Source: a virus
Lineage: Duplodnaviria > Caudoviricetes
Strand: one strand, 5' to 3'
Virus record (IMG/VR): IMGVR_UViG_2651869698_000005
Coordinates: 1 to 64,000 of that record
DNA length: 64,000 nucleotides
The translations under genes were made by a program, and so were the position numbers. Numbering within the stretch: position 1 is the first letter of the stretch; each line of letters begins with the position of its first letter. The notes beneath the pieces are model-generated. The model was not told the DNA's origin and did no database searches. It worked only from the letters and a program-made list of their open reading frames with translations. Of this stretch, positions 27,960 to 36,841 are shown one piece after another.

Positions 27960-28718
27960 TTACTTGGCGAGGCCGCGACGCTTGCGGCGGTTGGAAAGCA
28001 GCTCTTCGATCGAGCTGTCGTCGCCGATCGGCTTGGCAGATCCGTTGCCCGCGGACAGGTCTGCGCCACTGCGCGGAACAGCCGGGCGTGGGTTGGCCTT
28101 GCGGAACTTCGGGTTCTTGTCGACGGCCGCAGTGACTGCGGCAGTGACCTGATCGGCGAAATCGGAAGCGCTCGGGTCGAGGTCAGCGACCTCGGCCAGG
28201 AACGAGCGGGAGTCGAGCAGTGCGGACGAATCCGCATTCGCCTGATCAGCAGCCCGGTACAGAGCGAGTTCGACCTGGGCGGCGCGAGCTTCGGCGGCGC
28301 GGGACTGAGCGAGGGCTTCTGCCTGCTCGGCCTTGGCGGTCGCGGCGGTGACGAGATCAGCGGGGTCGACGGGCTTGTCGTCCTCGATCAGGCCGATCGC
28401 CTTGCCGATGTTCTGCGCGAAGTCGCGGCGGGCTGCCTCTGCGGCTGCGTCCGCGTCCTTCTTTGCCTGTACCGCTTCGTCTTTCGCGGTCTTCGCCGAG
28501 GTGCGGTGCTTCGCGTTCTCTGCGCGGAGCTTCTCGACGTAGTCGAGGGAGAACGTCGTCGGCTCACCCTCGGTCGGGGTCTCGGCGGCGGCGTCGGTGA
28601 CGGCGGCGGCTGCGGCTTCGTTCTGCGTTTCCACCTGCTCGGCTGCCTGGGCTGCGGCGGTCTCTGCGACCTGCGTTGCCTCGGTGGCGGATTCGGTGGA
28701 CGTGGTGCTGTCAGACAT
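27960..28718 (-). CDS. Capsid scaffolding protein
   Basis: YVEKLRAENAKHR and LLDSRSFL motifs; Ala-rich; directly upstream of the capsid gene. Confidence 0.85.
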   Translation of the reverse strand: MSDSTTSTESATEATQVAETAAAQAAEQVETQNEAAAAAVTDAAAETPTEGEPTTFSLDYVEKLRAENAKHRTSAKTAKDEAVQAKKDADAAAEAARRDFAQNIGKAIGLIEDDKPVDPADLVTAATAKAEQAEALAQSRAAEARAAQVELALYRAADQANADSSALLDSRSFLAEVADLDPSASDFADQVTAAVTAAVDKNPKFRKANPRPAVPRSGADLSAGNGSAKPIGDDSSIEELLSNRRKRRGLAK

Positions 28719-28752
28719 GTGATGTAGCCCTTCTGCCGCTCCTGGCGGACAT

Positions 28753-28788
28753 GAAGAAAGCCCCCGGTCCCGAAGGGGCCGAGGGCAT
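28753..28788 (-). terminator. Intrinsic terminator (UUCG loop)
   Basis: GCCCTCGGCCCC-TTCG-GGACCGGGGGC then TTTCTTC on the minus strand. Confidence 0.55.
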
Positions 28789-28875
28789 GTGCGAACTGGG
28801 GAGCCTCTGCATCTAGCGGAGGGGTGAAGCGCCGTCGATCGCCGGCACCAGGCCGGTCGGGGACGGAAGAATGGG

Positions 28876-30180
28876 TTAGCGGGCGATGTCGATCTGCTCG
28901 CGTCGTCTCATGCGTGGGACGGTCGGGTGCGCGTCGACGTGCTCGCGGATGCGGGTCTGGATGGCTCGTGTGCGGGCGTTCGCCTTGGCGGCGGCCTCGG
29001 GTGTCATCGCGGCCGCGCGGCGACGCTTGCTCATCCTGACGGCCCGTTCGAGGGCCCGAAGTTGCTGTGTCGCCGCGTAATCGGCCTCGTCGACTTCGGG
29101 TGCGGCCGGCAGGGGATCGCCGGGCACCCACAACGTCACCCAGTGCTTGCAGTTGGGGTGGTTGAATCCGCGGCGGCGGGCATCTGCGAGGGAGGTGATC
29201 ACTCGCGGCCGCCACTCTTCGTCGCCATCGGAGGTCGTCGCCCCGGTCGCCGAGAGCAGATGCCCTTGGAAGGGAGCGCACATCGGCGAGCAGTTGGCGT
29301 GAATCGACACGCGCACCAGGTCGTAGCCGTACTCGGCGAGGAGGGTGACGTGTGCGTCGATCGCGGTCTGCGCGGCAGCGGTACGGGTCGCCATCTCGAC
29401 GAAGGTCGTCATCGACCAGCGCCGGCCACCGCGGTCGATGTAGGCGGTGATACCGCGTGCGGCGTATCGGTCGATCAGCTTCTGCGCCAGGCGGAGTCGC
29501 TCTGCCTCGCTGGTGAGTGGGCTGGCGAGTACCTCGGCCATGACCTGCTGGTACATCTCCTCGGCGGAGCGGAGCATCTGCGGGGTCATCGCCTGCAGTT
29601 GCGGGAGCAGCTCGTTCGGGGTGCGAATGGTGACGCCGCGTTCGGTGCGTGGCCCGCGGGGGGCGGTCTTGCGGAGATCGTCCAGGGTGAGATCCGCAGG
29701 GGAGTCGGGTGCTCGATGCCGGCCGACTGCCATCGGGTCATCGAGTTCGATCGGATCGGGCAGGCTCGGCTGCAGATCGGGGCGCTCAGATGCGCTCCTG
29801 CCGCGCCGAGATGGCCGATCCGCGGGAGATGTCCCGGCAGCACGGTTCCGGCCTGCAGGAGTGCCGTCAGGGGCGCGTCGGGTACGGCGGAGAGTTTCGC
29901 GTGCGGCGTCCTCGCCGGCTGCCTCCGCTTCGACGAGGGCCTCGGCTGCGCGAGCCCGGCCACGCCGAGTCAACGCGGAGAGCTGCTGGCGGACCTTGTT
30001 GCGGAAGCGGTTCAGGCGGGTGAACTTGTCGGCGACCGATCCGCGGATCTCCTCGGCCACAGCCGATGCGACCAGGCCGATCAGGATCAGCTCGGCGGCC
30101 GAGTACTCGGCAACTACCGGCTCCTCGACGCCCTCGACTGCCGCTTCGGACACAGGCACCGGCTGCTCTTCGGGATCCAC
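28876..30180 (-). CDS. Minor capsid / MuF-like protein (Phage_min_cap2)
   Basis: DRGGRRW...EMATRT, CSPMCAPFQG, FNHPNCKH, QLRALER motifs. Confidence 0.85.
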   Translation of the reverse strand: MDPEEQPVPVSEAAVEGVEEPVVAEYSAAELILIGLVASAVAEEIRGSVADKFTRLNRFRNKVRQQLSALTRRGRARAAEALVEAEAAGEDAARETLRRTRRAPDGTPAGRNRAAGTSPADRPSRRGRSASERPDLQPSLPDPIELDDPMAVGRHRAPDSPADLTLDDLRKTAPRGPRTERGVTIRTPNELLPQLQAMTPQMLRSAEEMYQQVMAEVLASPLTSEAERLRLAQKLIDRYAARGITAYIDRGGRRWSMTTFVEMATRTAAAQTAIDAHVTLLAEYGYDLVRVSIHANCSPMCAPFQGHLLSATGATTSDGDEEWRPRVITSLADARRRGFNHPNCKHWVTLWVPGDPLPAAPEVDEADYAATQQLRALERAVRMSKRRRAAAMTPEAAAKANARTRAIQTRIREHVDAHPTVPRMRRREQIDIAR

Positions 30181-30196
30181 CGGTGCCTCATCTCGT

Positions 30197-31765
30197 CTAT
30201 GCCGCGTCGTACTCTTCGTCGGTCTGCGGGTCGCCGAAGCCCATGCCGCCGGTCATCGCGTTCTTCTCGGCGAACTCGGACTTGATCAGCTCGACCTCGG
30301 CGTCGATCTCGGGCTGGGTCCAGTTGGGGTGCTGTTCCTTGACCATCTGGACGGTCGAGATCGCGTTCGCCGATGCCAGAGCGGAGATCGAGCCGGACAT
30401 CTCGGCCGGCGACTGCGTCGATCGAGTCGGGAAGCGGATCTCGGGGATCTCCGACAGGGTGATGCCGGTGCCGAACTGCTCGGCGTCGATGTCCATTGCC
30501 ACCTTCGCCAGCGGCCGCAGCCCCGACTTCCAGTAGTTGATCTTCTTGTCGCGGGTGCGTTCGGAGAGACGGTCTTTCGAGTTGACCTCGGTTGCGGTGG
30601 GCACGCCGACGGTCAGGTTCGAGTCCGAGAACCCTTGCGCGGACAGGCCGGCACCGCGGAGGATCGCGTTGAGGATCTCCGCGCAGGTCTGCGAGTGTTC
30701 CTGCCAGCGGATGGCGAACTGGTTCGCCTGGACGCCGGTGGAGTTGCCGTTGGCGGCCGAGCCGAGCTGCTCACGGAGCGGGGTGAAGATCGCCTGCTCG
30801 GAGTCGAACACGCCGCCCTTGCCGGGGCCGCCGTTGAGCATCAGGCCCTCGTCGACGAACAGGCGTGCCTTGCCGAGGTCGAGGTCGCGCATCCACGAGG
30901 TGTATGCCTCGTCGAGGGCGTCGAACAGGGGCTCGAGGCCGTCGAAGTCCGAGCGGCCGAGCTGCGTCAGGCCGGGCTTGGTCCGCCAGCGCCGGTTCGG
31001 GCGCACGTTGGGGATGTACGCGGCGGTCAGGCCGTTGACGCCCGTTTCGATGCCGCCTTCGGAGTCGACGACGTTGGCCGCCCACTCCGATGCCTGCACC
31101 TCGGACAGGGGAACCTTGCGGCCGAGGTGGCCGCTGTCGCCCTGGTAGAGCGCGTGGGAGATCCGGCCGGGCTCGTGACGCTCGAGGTGCCTGAGGACGA
31201 TGCCGTTGTCGTCGAGGACGGTGGTCCAGAACGTCACCGCGGTGAGCTTGTTGTACGTCCATGTCGGGATCGCGCCGTCAGCTGCGACGGAGCCGAGCAT
31301 GACGTGGTCGGAGATGGATTCGTCCCACCACAGTCGCATGTAGGTGCCGCCGAGAGCGGAGCACAGCTCACCGGCCTCGAGGAGGGTCGACGCCGCATCC
31401 TCGGAGTTGAACATCAGCGCCATACGCTTGTCGGCAGCGTCGCCGCGGGCGGTGTCGTTCTCGTTGAGCGAGAACTTGATCGGCTGCGAGAAGAGCAGGT
31501 CGGAGCTGGTACGAGCAAGGTCGGCGGGTGCCGGGATATGCAGCTTGGACGTCGCCTGCAGGTTCGGTCGGCCCCAGAAGAACTTCGCCAGCCGCCCGAT
31601 CAGGCCGCCGGGCATCGCCGACTGCCGCATCATATTGTTGCCGGCGTAGATCGTTTCGAGGTCGGCCGGGCTACCGGTGTACCAGGCATTCCACGTCTTG
31701 AAGTCGTTCTGTGCTTCGTCGAACGGCTTCGGTGGGAACTTGCCCCCGCCATCAGGTAGCGCCAC
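30197..31765 (-). CDS. Portal protein
   Basis: LHIPAPADLARTSSDLLF, YIPNVRPNR, GRSDF, TATEV motifs (A118/SPP1-like). Confidence 0.9.
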   Translation of the reverse strand: MALPDGGGKFPPKPFDEAQNDFKTWNAWYTGSPADLETIYAGNNMMRQSAMPGGLIGRLAKFFWGRPNLQATSKLHIPAPADLARTSSDLLFSQPIKFSLNENDTARGDAADKRMALMFNSEDAASTLLEAGELCSALGGTYMRLWWDESISDHVMLGSVAADGAIPTWTYNKLTAVTFWTTVLDDNGIVLRHLERHEPGRISHALYQGDSGHLGRKVPLSEVQASEWAANVVDSEGGIETGVNGLTAAYIPNVRPNRRWRTKPGLTQLGRSDFDGLEPLFDALDEAYTSWMRDLDLGKARLFVDEGLMLNGGPGKGGVFDSEQAIFTPLREQLGSAANGNSTGVQANQFAIRWQEHSQTCAEILNAILRGAGLSAQGFSDSNLTVGVPTATEVNSKDRLSERTRDKKINYWKSGLRPLAKVAMDIDAEQFGTGITLSEIPEIRFPTRSTQSPAEMSGSISALASANAISTVQMVKEQHPNWTQPEIDAEVELIKSEFAEKNAMTGGMGFGDPQTDEEYDAA

Positions 31766-31777
31766 GGCGGGCCTCCT

Positions 31778-31999
31778 CTATTCTCGTTTACGCTGACCGG
31801 GCCATAGCCCGAACACAGCTTTGAAATACTTTGCGGCTAAACCGTTTATGTACTTTTCGGGGACGCCCTCGGACTTGAGTTGCGTCACCAAGGTCGTGTA
31901 GGGGTGTGCCGATGCCGCCCAGCGGATCAGGCCCTCACCCTTCGTCCAGTACTTCGTGAGCGGGCGGGCCTTCGCCTCGCCGACTTTTCCTTCGTCCAT
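31778..31999 (-). CDS. Small hypothetical protein
   Basis: LTKYWTKGEG..RW...GLWPG motif; lower-GC codons. Confidence 0.55.
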   Translation of the reverse strand: MDEGKVGEAKARPLTKYWTKGEGLIRWAASAHPYTTLVTQLKSEGVPEKYINGLAAKYFKAVFGLWPGQRKRE

Positions 32000-32547
32000 C
32001 GTCGATTGCCCTGCCTGTCAGTAGATTCGGCGGACTTGCTGCACTCGCGGGACGGTCATCGACGTCGGCCGAGGGGCGGGTTCGCGGATGATCTCGCGGG
32101 CGGCCGGTGGGGACAGTCGATCGGCGAGGGTGGCGAGGAGTCGGGCGAGGCGGGATCTCAACGCGAGCATTGGGTCTGCGCGAGGGCCATGATCAGCGCC
32201 AGCGCGGCGGCCGACGGGATGCGGGAAGTGTCTGCCATCAGTAGTCCTCGAGGCCGTCGCATCGACACAGGTCGCCACCCTTCGGGCAGAACCGGTGTTC
32301 GAGTGCGGGATTGGGTTCGTATTCGTCGATCCAGGAGCGCCGCCATTCGCGGTCCTCTTTCCTGCGGCCGCGGGCGACGTCACGGCGCTGCTGGCGATGC
32401 GGCATGAGCTGCACCCACCACCACCCACCGTGTCGATTGCCGAGCATCGCGGGCATCAGGCTCTCCTAGAGAGGTTTGGGCCCCGGCCACGCGCGAAGGT
32501 TGGTGCGTCACCTCGCGCGTGGCCCGTCGGGTTATTCAGTTGTGGGT

Positions 32548-33846
32548 CTATGCCGCGTTCTTCTGGGGGGTCGCGAGCTCGATGTATCTGCGCCAACGCT
32601 TCTCGGTGGTGGCGACGATGTATCGCGCGCCGTCGAGGCTGTGATCGTTGACCTTGACCGGGGCGTCGTGGCCGTTCTCGGTGGCTTTCGAGTCCCACGA
32701 ATAGCCGACGATCTCGGTGATCAGGCCTCGGCAGCGATCGGAGACTCGGAGCTTGCCGACGGCGAGCAGAGATGCGAACAGGCGAATGCCGTACAGAACG
32801 TCGTTCTCGGCGGGGTGGGAGTGCTGGCCGTCCTGCTTGAGCTGCACTCGGAACGACGCGGCGGCCGGGTCGACGACCAGTGGGCCGACTGCGAGATCCT
32901 GGCTCGGGTGATGCTTCTGCGGGAGCCATTCGCGGATGCCGGCCGACAGCTGGGCATCGGTCCACCGCGCCTCGGCCGAGGATGACTGGTGACGCCACTC
33001 GTCGATCAGGTACAGAATGCCGTCCATGCCGACGCCGAGGAGCAGCGCCGTGGTGGCGTTCGTTGTGCCGTAGTCGATTCCGACGCCGAACAGCTCCTGC
33101 ATCTGCGGCAGCTCGGCCCATTTGACGATATGCTCGTCGGGATCCCACATGTCGTAGACCGCGCCGTCGGCGGACACCCAGTGGCCGAGGATGAATCGGC
33201 GGTACCACAGGCCGGTGTACTCGCCCTTGATGGACTTCTTGTACGACTCGGACAGTGACGGGTTGTCGTCGATGGTGAAGTGGAAGCGCCGCCAGTCGGC
33301 AAGCTGGATCTCGCCGTCCTTGTCGGGGACGCCCATTCGGTCGAGGTAGTCGACCTTGAGCCAGTGCATCGGCGAGTCGGGGTTGGTCGTCCCGAACAGC
33401 TGAGCGCCCTCGATCGACATACGGCCGAGTAGCTGCTTGAAGAACGAGACGTCGAGGACGGTCACCTCGTCGCAGAACGCGAGCTGGATCGTCATGCCGC
33501 GAATCTTGTTCTCGGACTTGGCATCATTCGCGCCGATGACGTGGACCGTCTTGCCGAAGATCTTCGCTGTCGCCGCGCCCTGCCTGTAGCTGACCGCGTT
33601 CTCGAAGACACGGAACGCGGGGATCGACTCAAGGGGCTCGAAGACGTTTCGGTAGATCGCGTCTCGGTTTTTTCCGACGATGATGATCGCGCCCTCGGTG
33701 CCCGAGTCGCGGATCCTCTTCATCATCAGCATCAGCCACGAGAAGGTCTTGCCTGCTCGGATCGAGCCCTCGAAGATGTTCACGCGGCCGGAAGCTCCGG
33801 CGTAAGAGAGGATCTGCTTCTTGCTCATCCCCACTTTCGGCGGCAT
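32548..33846 (-). CDS. terL: Terminase large subunit (PBSX-like)
   Basis: Walker A GSIRAGKT, Walker B AFCDE, TTNPDSP, IDYG, DPAA, NDHSLDGARY. Confidence 0.95.
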   Translation of the reverse strand: MPPKVGMSKKQILSYAGASGRVNIFEGSIRAGKTFSWLMLMMKRIRDSGTEGAIIIVGKNRDAIYRNVFEPLESIPAFRVFENAVSYRQGAATAKIFGKTVHVIGANDAKSENKIRGMTIQLAFCDEVTVLDVSFFKQLLGRMSIEGAQLFGTTNPDSPMHWLKVDYLDRMGVPDKDGEIQLADWRRFHFTIDDNPSLSESYKKSIKGEYTGLWYRRFILGHWVSADGAVYDMWDPDEHIVKWAELPQMQELFGVGIDYGTTNATTALLLGVGMDGILYLIDEWRHQSSSAEARWTDAQLSAGIREWLPQKHHPSQDLAVGPLVVDPAAASFRVQLKQDGQHSHPAENDVLYGIRLFASLLAVGKLRVSDRCRGLITEIVGYSWDSKATENGHDAPVKVNDHSLDGARYIVATTEKRWRRYIELATPQKNAA

Positions 33847-34274
33847 TACTCGGCGTCCGGTTCCGCCAGCTGCTCGGCGGCCTTGAGGATCGCGTTGTGC
33901 AGCCCGTCGAGGGCGTCGCGTGCCTCGGCGTCGGTGTCAGGGGCTACTGCCTGGTCGAGGTTCTGGTACTTCGCTCGACGCTCCATGATCTTGAGCGCGG
34001 CACCGATGGCTTTGAGGTCACCGGATCGGGCGTCTTTCCAGATGCCGAGCAGCATCGCGTCGAGGCGCTGCAGCTCCATGTCGACGACCTGCTGTGCGGG
34101 TTCGCGTTTGATCTCTTCGATCGCCTCGGCGACGTACCGCTGAGCGGTGGACTTGGAGATCTTCATCTGGCCGGCGATGGCGCGGATGGTGGCACCGGCT
34201 AGTCGGAGTTGGAGGGCCTGCTCTTGACGCTGTGCGCGTTCGATAGCTGCGGGTGAGGTTTTCGACCTTGCCAA
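33846..34274 (-). CDS. terS: Terminase small subunit
   Basis: ALQLRLAGATIRAIA HTH; ELQRLD...ERRAKYQNLD; directly upstream of terL. Confidence 0.8.
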   Translation of the reverse strand: MARSKTSPAAIERAQRQEQALQLRLAGATIRAIAGQMKISKSTAQRYVAEAIEEIKREPAQQVVDMELQRLDAMLLGIWKDARSGDLKAIGAALKIMERRAKYQNLDQAVAPDTDAEARDALDGLHNAILKAAEQLAEPDAE

Positions 34275-34810
34275 CGGGGCCTCCTTTCAGCTCGGGGATA
34301 GGCGCTCCTGGCGTCCGTTATCCACTGCGTTTCGGAGTCCTCTGTGGGCCTCTTCGGGGTCGGAATTGGGTTGGGGTCCATGCGGGCCGGGCGGCCTGGT
34401 CCGCGCGCAATCAGCTCGAATGCGGGGTTCGGTGTGGCGAGCGTTGGGCGGTGGCGTTGCGGCCGGCATGGAAGTTGGGTGCGCCCCGACTCGACCGAGG
34501 GTCTTACCGGCGCTCTTGTGGAGGCCGTGCCGATCTCGGGAGTCGGGGCGATATTGGGCGGCAGGCTCGAACCGGCTGTCTGATGGTTTCGGTGTCCGGT
34601 GGCGTGCCGCTGTCTGGCTGGGCGTTTGGTGCGCAGTGCCCCCGATTCGTCTGCGGGCCGATATTTTGTATTGCGCGTCGTTTGAACCAAGCGCGCAGTG
34701 CGGTGCACTCAAAGATCTCGAGGCGGTGCAGTACCTAGGTCGACCCCAACCGCTCGCAGGCTGTGTCGGCTTATTGATGACCGACCGGCTTCTACGGTCG
34801 TCGAGCCATT

Positions 34811-34888
34811 TGGCATGGATGGCAGGATTTGAACCTGCGATAACGGTTTTGGAGACCGCCGCTTTGGGCCTGACTAAGCAACATCCAC
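34811..34888 (-). tRNA. tRNA-Trp (CCA)
   Basis: Cloverleaf GTGGATG/CATCCAT; anticodon loop CT-CCA-AA; T-loop TTCAAAT; encoded CCA end. Confidence 0.85.
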
Positions 34889-34925
34889 GGGTAAAGACCA
34901 CGCCCACAAGGGGTCGCGGTGGGTG

Positions 34926-34998
34926 TGCCCCCTGATGGACTCGAACCATCGACCGACGGATTAAGAGTCCGCAGCTCTACCAACTGAGCTAAAGGGGC
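34926..34998 (-). tRNA. tRNA-Lys (CTT)
   Basis: GCCCCTT/AGGGGGC acceptor; TAGCTCAGTTGGTAGAGC; loop CT-CTT-AA; TTCGAGT. Confidence 0.9.
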
Positions 34999-35055
34999 GG
35001 GTCGGTGATCCTTGACGGGGATCAGGCGGGCGTAAGAATGTGGAGTCGCCACCCG

Positions 35056-35127
35056 CTCTCCCGCGAGGACTCGAACCTCGATTACCTCGTCCAGAGCGAG
35101 GCGGCCTGCCAATTAGCCGACGGGAGA
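35056..35127 (-). tRNA. tRNA-Gln (CTG)
   Basis: TCTCCCG/CGGGAGA acceptor; loop CT-CTG-GA; TTCGAGT. Confidence 0.88.
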
Positions 35128-35293
35128 AGGAGACCCGATTCGCGAGCACCGGGCCAGCAGGGGGGCGTTGCCAAACGTCGCTGACTGTGCACGGTCATGC
35201 GAAGGGGGAATGCCGTTTACGGCGGCATCACGATCCCCTCACCCAAGAAGGAGGGCGGCGTCGGTGACCGGTCAGGGTGAGGACGCCGCCTTG

Positions 35294-35366
35294 CTGGCCC
35301 GGCAGGGATCGAACCTGCGACATCGCGATTAACAGTCGCGCGCTCTGCCATCTGAGCTACGGGCCA
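35294..35366 (-). tRNA. tRNA-Asn (GTT)
   Basis: TGGCCCG/CGGGCCA acceptor; loop CT-GTT-AA; TTCGATC. Confidence 0.9.
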
Positions 35367-35398
35367 ATGTCTCGGATATTCGCGTCCGAGAGGCGCTT

Positions 35399-35767
35399 TC
35401 AGCTGATGGTGATGCGGCGCTGCGAGGTCGAGATCGCTCCCTGATCCTGCAGTTCCTTGATCGCGCGGTTGAAGTCACGCGGGCTGATGTCGAGGGCGTC
35501 GCGGACCTGCTTGCGGTCGAACGTGCCTGTGCCGCGGGTGCGTAGCCCCTTGAGTACCTGGGCGCGCTGCTTCGAGTGCAGCTCGGAGTTGTCCGACTTC
35601 GGTGCGGCCGGCGCAGCGGGCTTGCTGAGCTTCGCACCACCGAGCTTCGCGCCGCCGAGCTTTCGGCCGCCGAGCTTAGGGGCCGAGGGGCTCGACTTGC
35701 CGCCGTTACGGGCCTTGAGCGACTTCGAGATCGCAGCCTTGTGAGCTGCGGAGAGTGGCTTGCCCAT
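35399..35767 (-). CDS. Basic protein with C-terminal winged-HTH
   Basis: KLGG repeats followed by RKQVRDALDISPRDFNRAIKELQDQGAI. Confidence 0.6.
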   Translation of the reverse strand: MGKPLSAAHKAAISKSLKARNGGKSSPSAPKLGGRKLGGAKLGGAKLSKPAAPAAPKSDNSELHSKQRAQVLKGLRTRGTGTFDRKQVRDALDISPRDFNRAIKELQDQGAISTSQRRITIS

Positions 35768-35964
35768 CAGCGGCCCGGCTTCTTCGGAGCTGCCTTCTTA
35801 GGGGCCGCCTTCTTCGGTGCGGCCTTGCCGGCTGCGGCGATCTTGCCGGCCAGGAACGGCGGGAGATCAGCCTTACCGGCGGCGGGCTTCTTGCCGGCGG
35901 CTGCCTTCTTGGCGGCGGCGTTCTTTGCGAATGCGGGGGGCATGACGCCCTTTTTCGGAGCCAT
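35767..35964 (-). CDS. Histone H1-like Lys/Ala/Pro-rich protein (65 aa)
   Basis: MAPKKGVMPPAFAKNAAAKK...KAAPKKAAPKKAAPKK; GAGGA RBS. Confidence 0.65.
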   Translation of the reverse strand: MAPKKGVMPPAFAKNAAAKKAAAGKKPAAGKADLPPFLAGKIAAAGKAAPKKAAPKKAAPKKPGR

Positions 35965-36021
35965 TGGGGTGTTCCTCTGTTTGGATTCGGCCAGCCGCCG
36001 AGACTGGCGGGGTAGGGGGAG

Positions 36022-36098
36022 TGGTTGCGGGAGCGGGGATCGAACCCGCGACATCCGGCGTATGAGACCGGCGCTCTGGCCGACTGAGCTATCCCGCG
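36022..36098 (-). tRNA. tRNA-Met (CAT), initiator-like
   Basis: C1:A72 mismatch (CGCGGGA/TCCCGCA); loop CT-CAT-AC; encoded CCA end. Confidence 0.85.
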
Positions 36099-36282
36099 AC
36101 GTGGATTCCCCGGTGTACTCCGCTGGGTAGCGCGCAGTCGGGCGCCGATGTCTCATTTGCGGGTTTGGCCCTGCGGCCGGGGAGAAAAGGGAGGGAGAGG
36201 ATGTTGGTCAGACTCTCGCCTACGGTCGGGAGCCTATCAGGATTGATGTGACGCCCTTGACTATTCGACCAACACGACAAAG

Positions 36283-36311
36283 GTGCCAGTCACATACCCG
36301 GTATGTAATCA
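36283..36311 (+). promoter_or_regulatory. Distal copy of the promoter/operator motif
   Basis: GTGCCA-GTCACATACCCGGTATG-TAATCA, same 17-nt spacing as the other copies. Confidence 0.6.
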
Positions 36312-36319
36312 TCATCGAC

Positions 36320-36643
36320 ATGAGCCGATCCCGCACACACAGAAGCAGCGACCTACCCGCCCTGTTCGTCATCGCGACCCTGTTCGGAATCGGCAGCTGG
36401 GTCTGGGCGAACCTAGCCGTGATCGGCTCAACCCTGGCCGTAACCCTGGCGGCCGCAATGATTCTCGCATTCTTCTACACCATCGGCCGATACGTCGAAC
36501 GGCGAGAAGCAGAGCACCGACTCATTGCCGGCCGCGCCGACTACGAGGAGCGGCTACTCGCAGAAGGCGACATGGGCGGCATCTACGGAGTCCGATACCT
36601 GAATGACATGTCAACGCCGCCAGACGATTACCCGATGCGGTAG
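36320..36643 (+). CDS. Membrane protein
   Basis: Two TM helices; LIAGRADYEE...GDMGGIYG. Confidence 0.65.
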   Translation: MSRSRTHRSSDLPALFVIATLFGIGSWVWANLAVIGSTLAVTLAAAMILAFFYTIGRYVERREAEHRLIAGRADYEERLLAEGDMGGIYGVRYLNDMSTPPDDYPMR

Positions 36644-36772
36644 TGTCAATACCCCTGACTGACACAGGGGGGGACGGCTACTTGTAGCTCTTGACCCGCC
36701 CGCTCAGCTTCGGCCCCTGCACCGTGGCTGAGATGGGTGGGTTCGGCGCGGATGCTTGCAACCAGCCGACAG

Positions 36773-36808
36773 AAAGGCCCCCCCTAGTGCGCTCAGGGGG
36801 GCCTTTTT
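36773..36808 (+). terminator. Intrinsic terminator
   Basis: AAAGGCCCCCC...GGGGGGCCTTTTT. Confidence 0.7.
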
Positions 36809-36841
36809 GCATTCAACTACCGGGTGACGCTTTAATGTGGC

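Noticed and set aside
29447-31759. Long + strand ORF (770 aa) and similar antisense ORFs (27222-28727, 51822-53105, 18495-19676)
   Set aside because: These are shadow ORFs opposite well-supported genes, expected in high-GC DNA, with no recognisable motifs.
34540-34630. Possible sixth tRNA
   Set aside because: Only a T-arm-like GGTTCGAGCC is present; no consistent acceptor, D or anticodon stems could be built.
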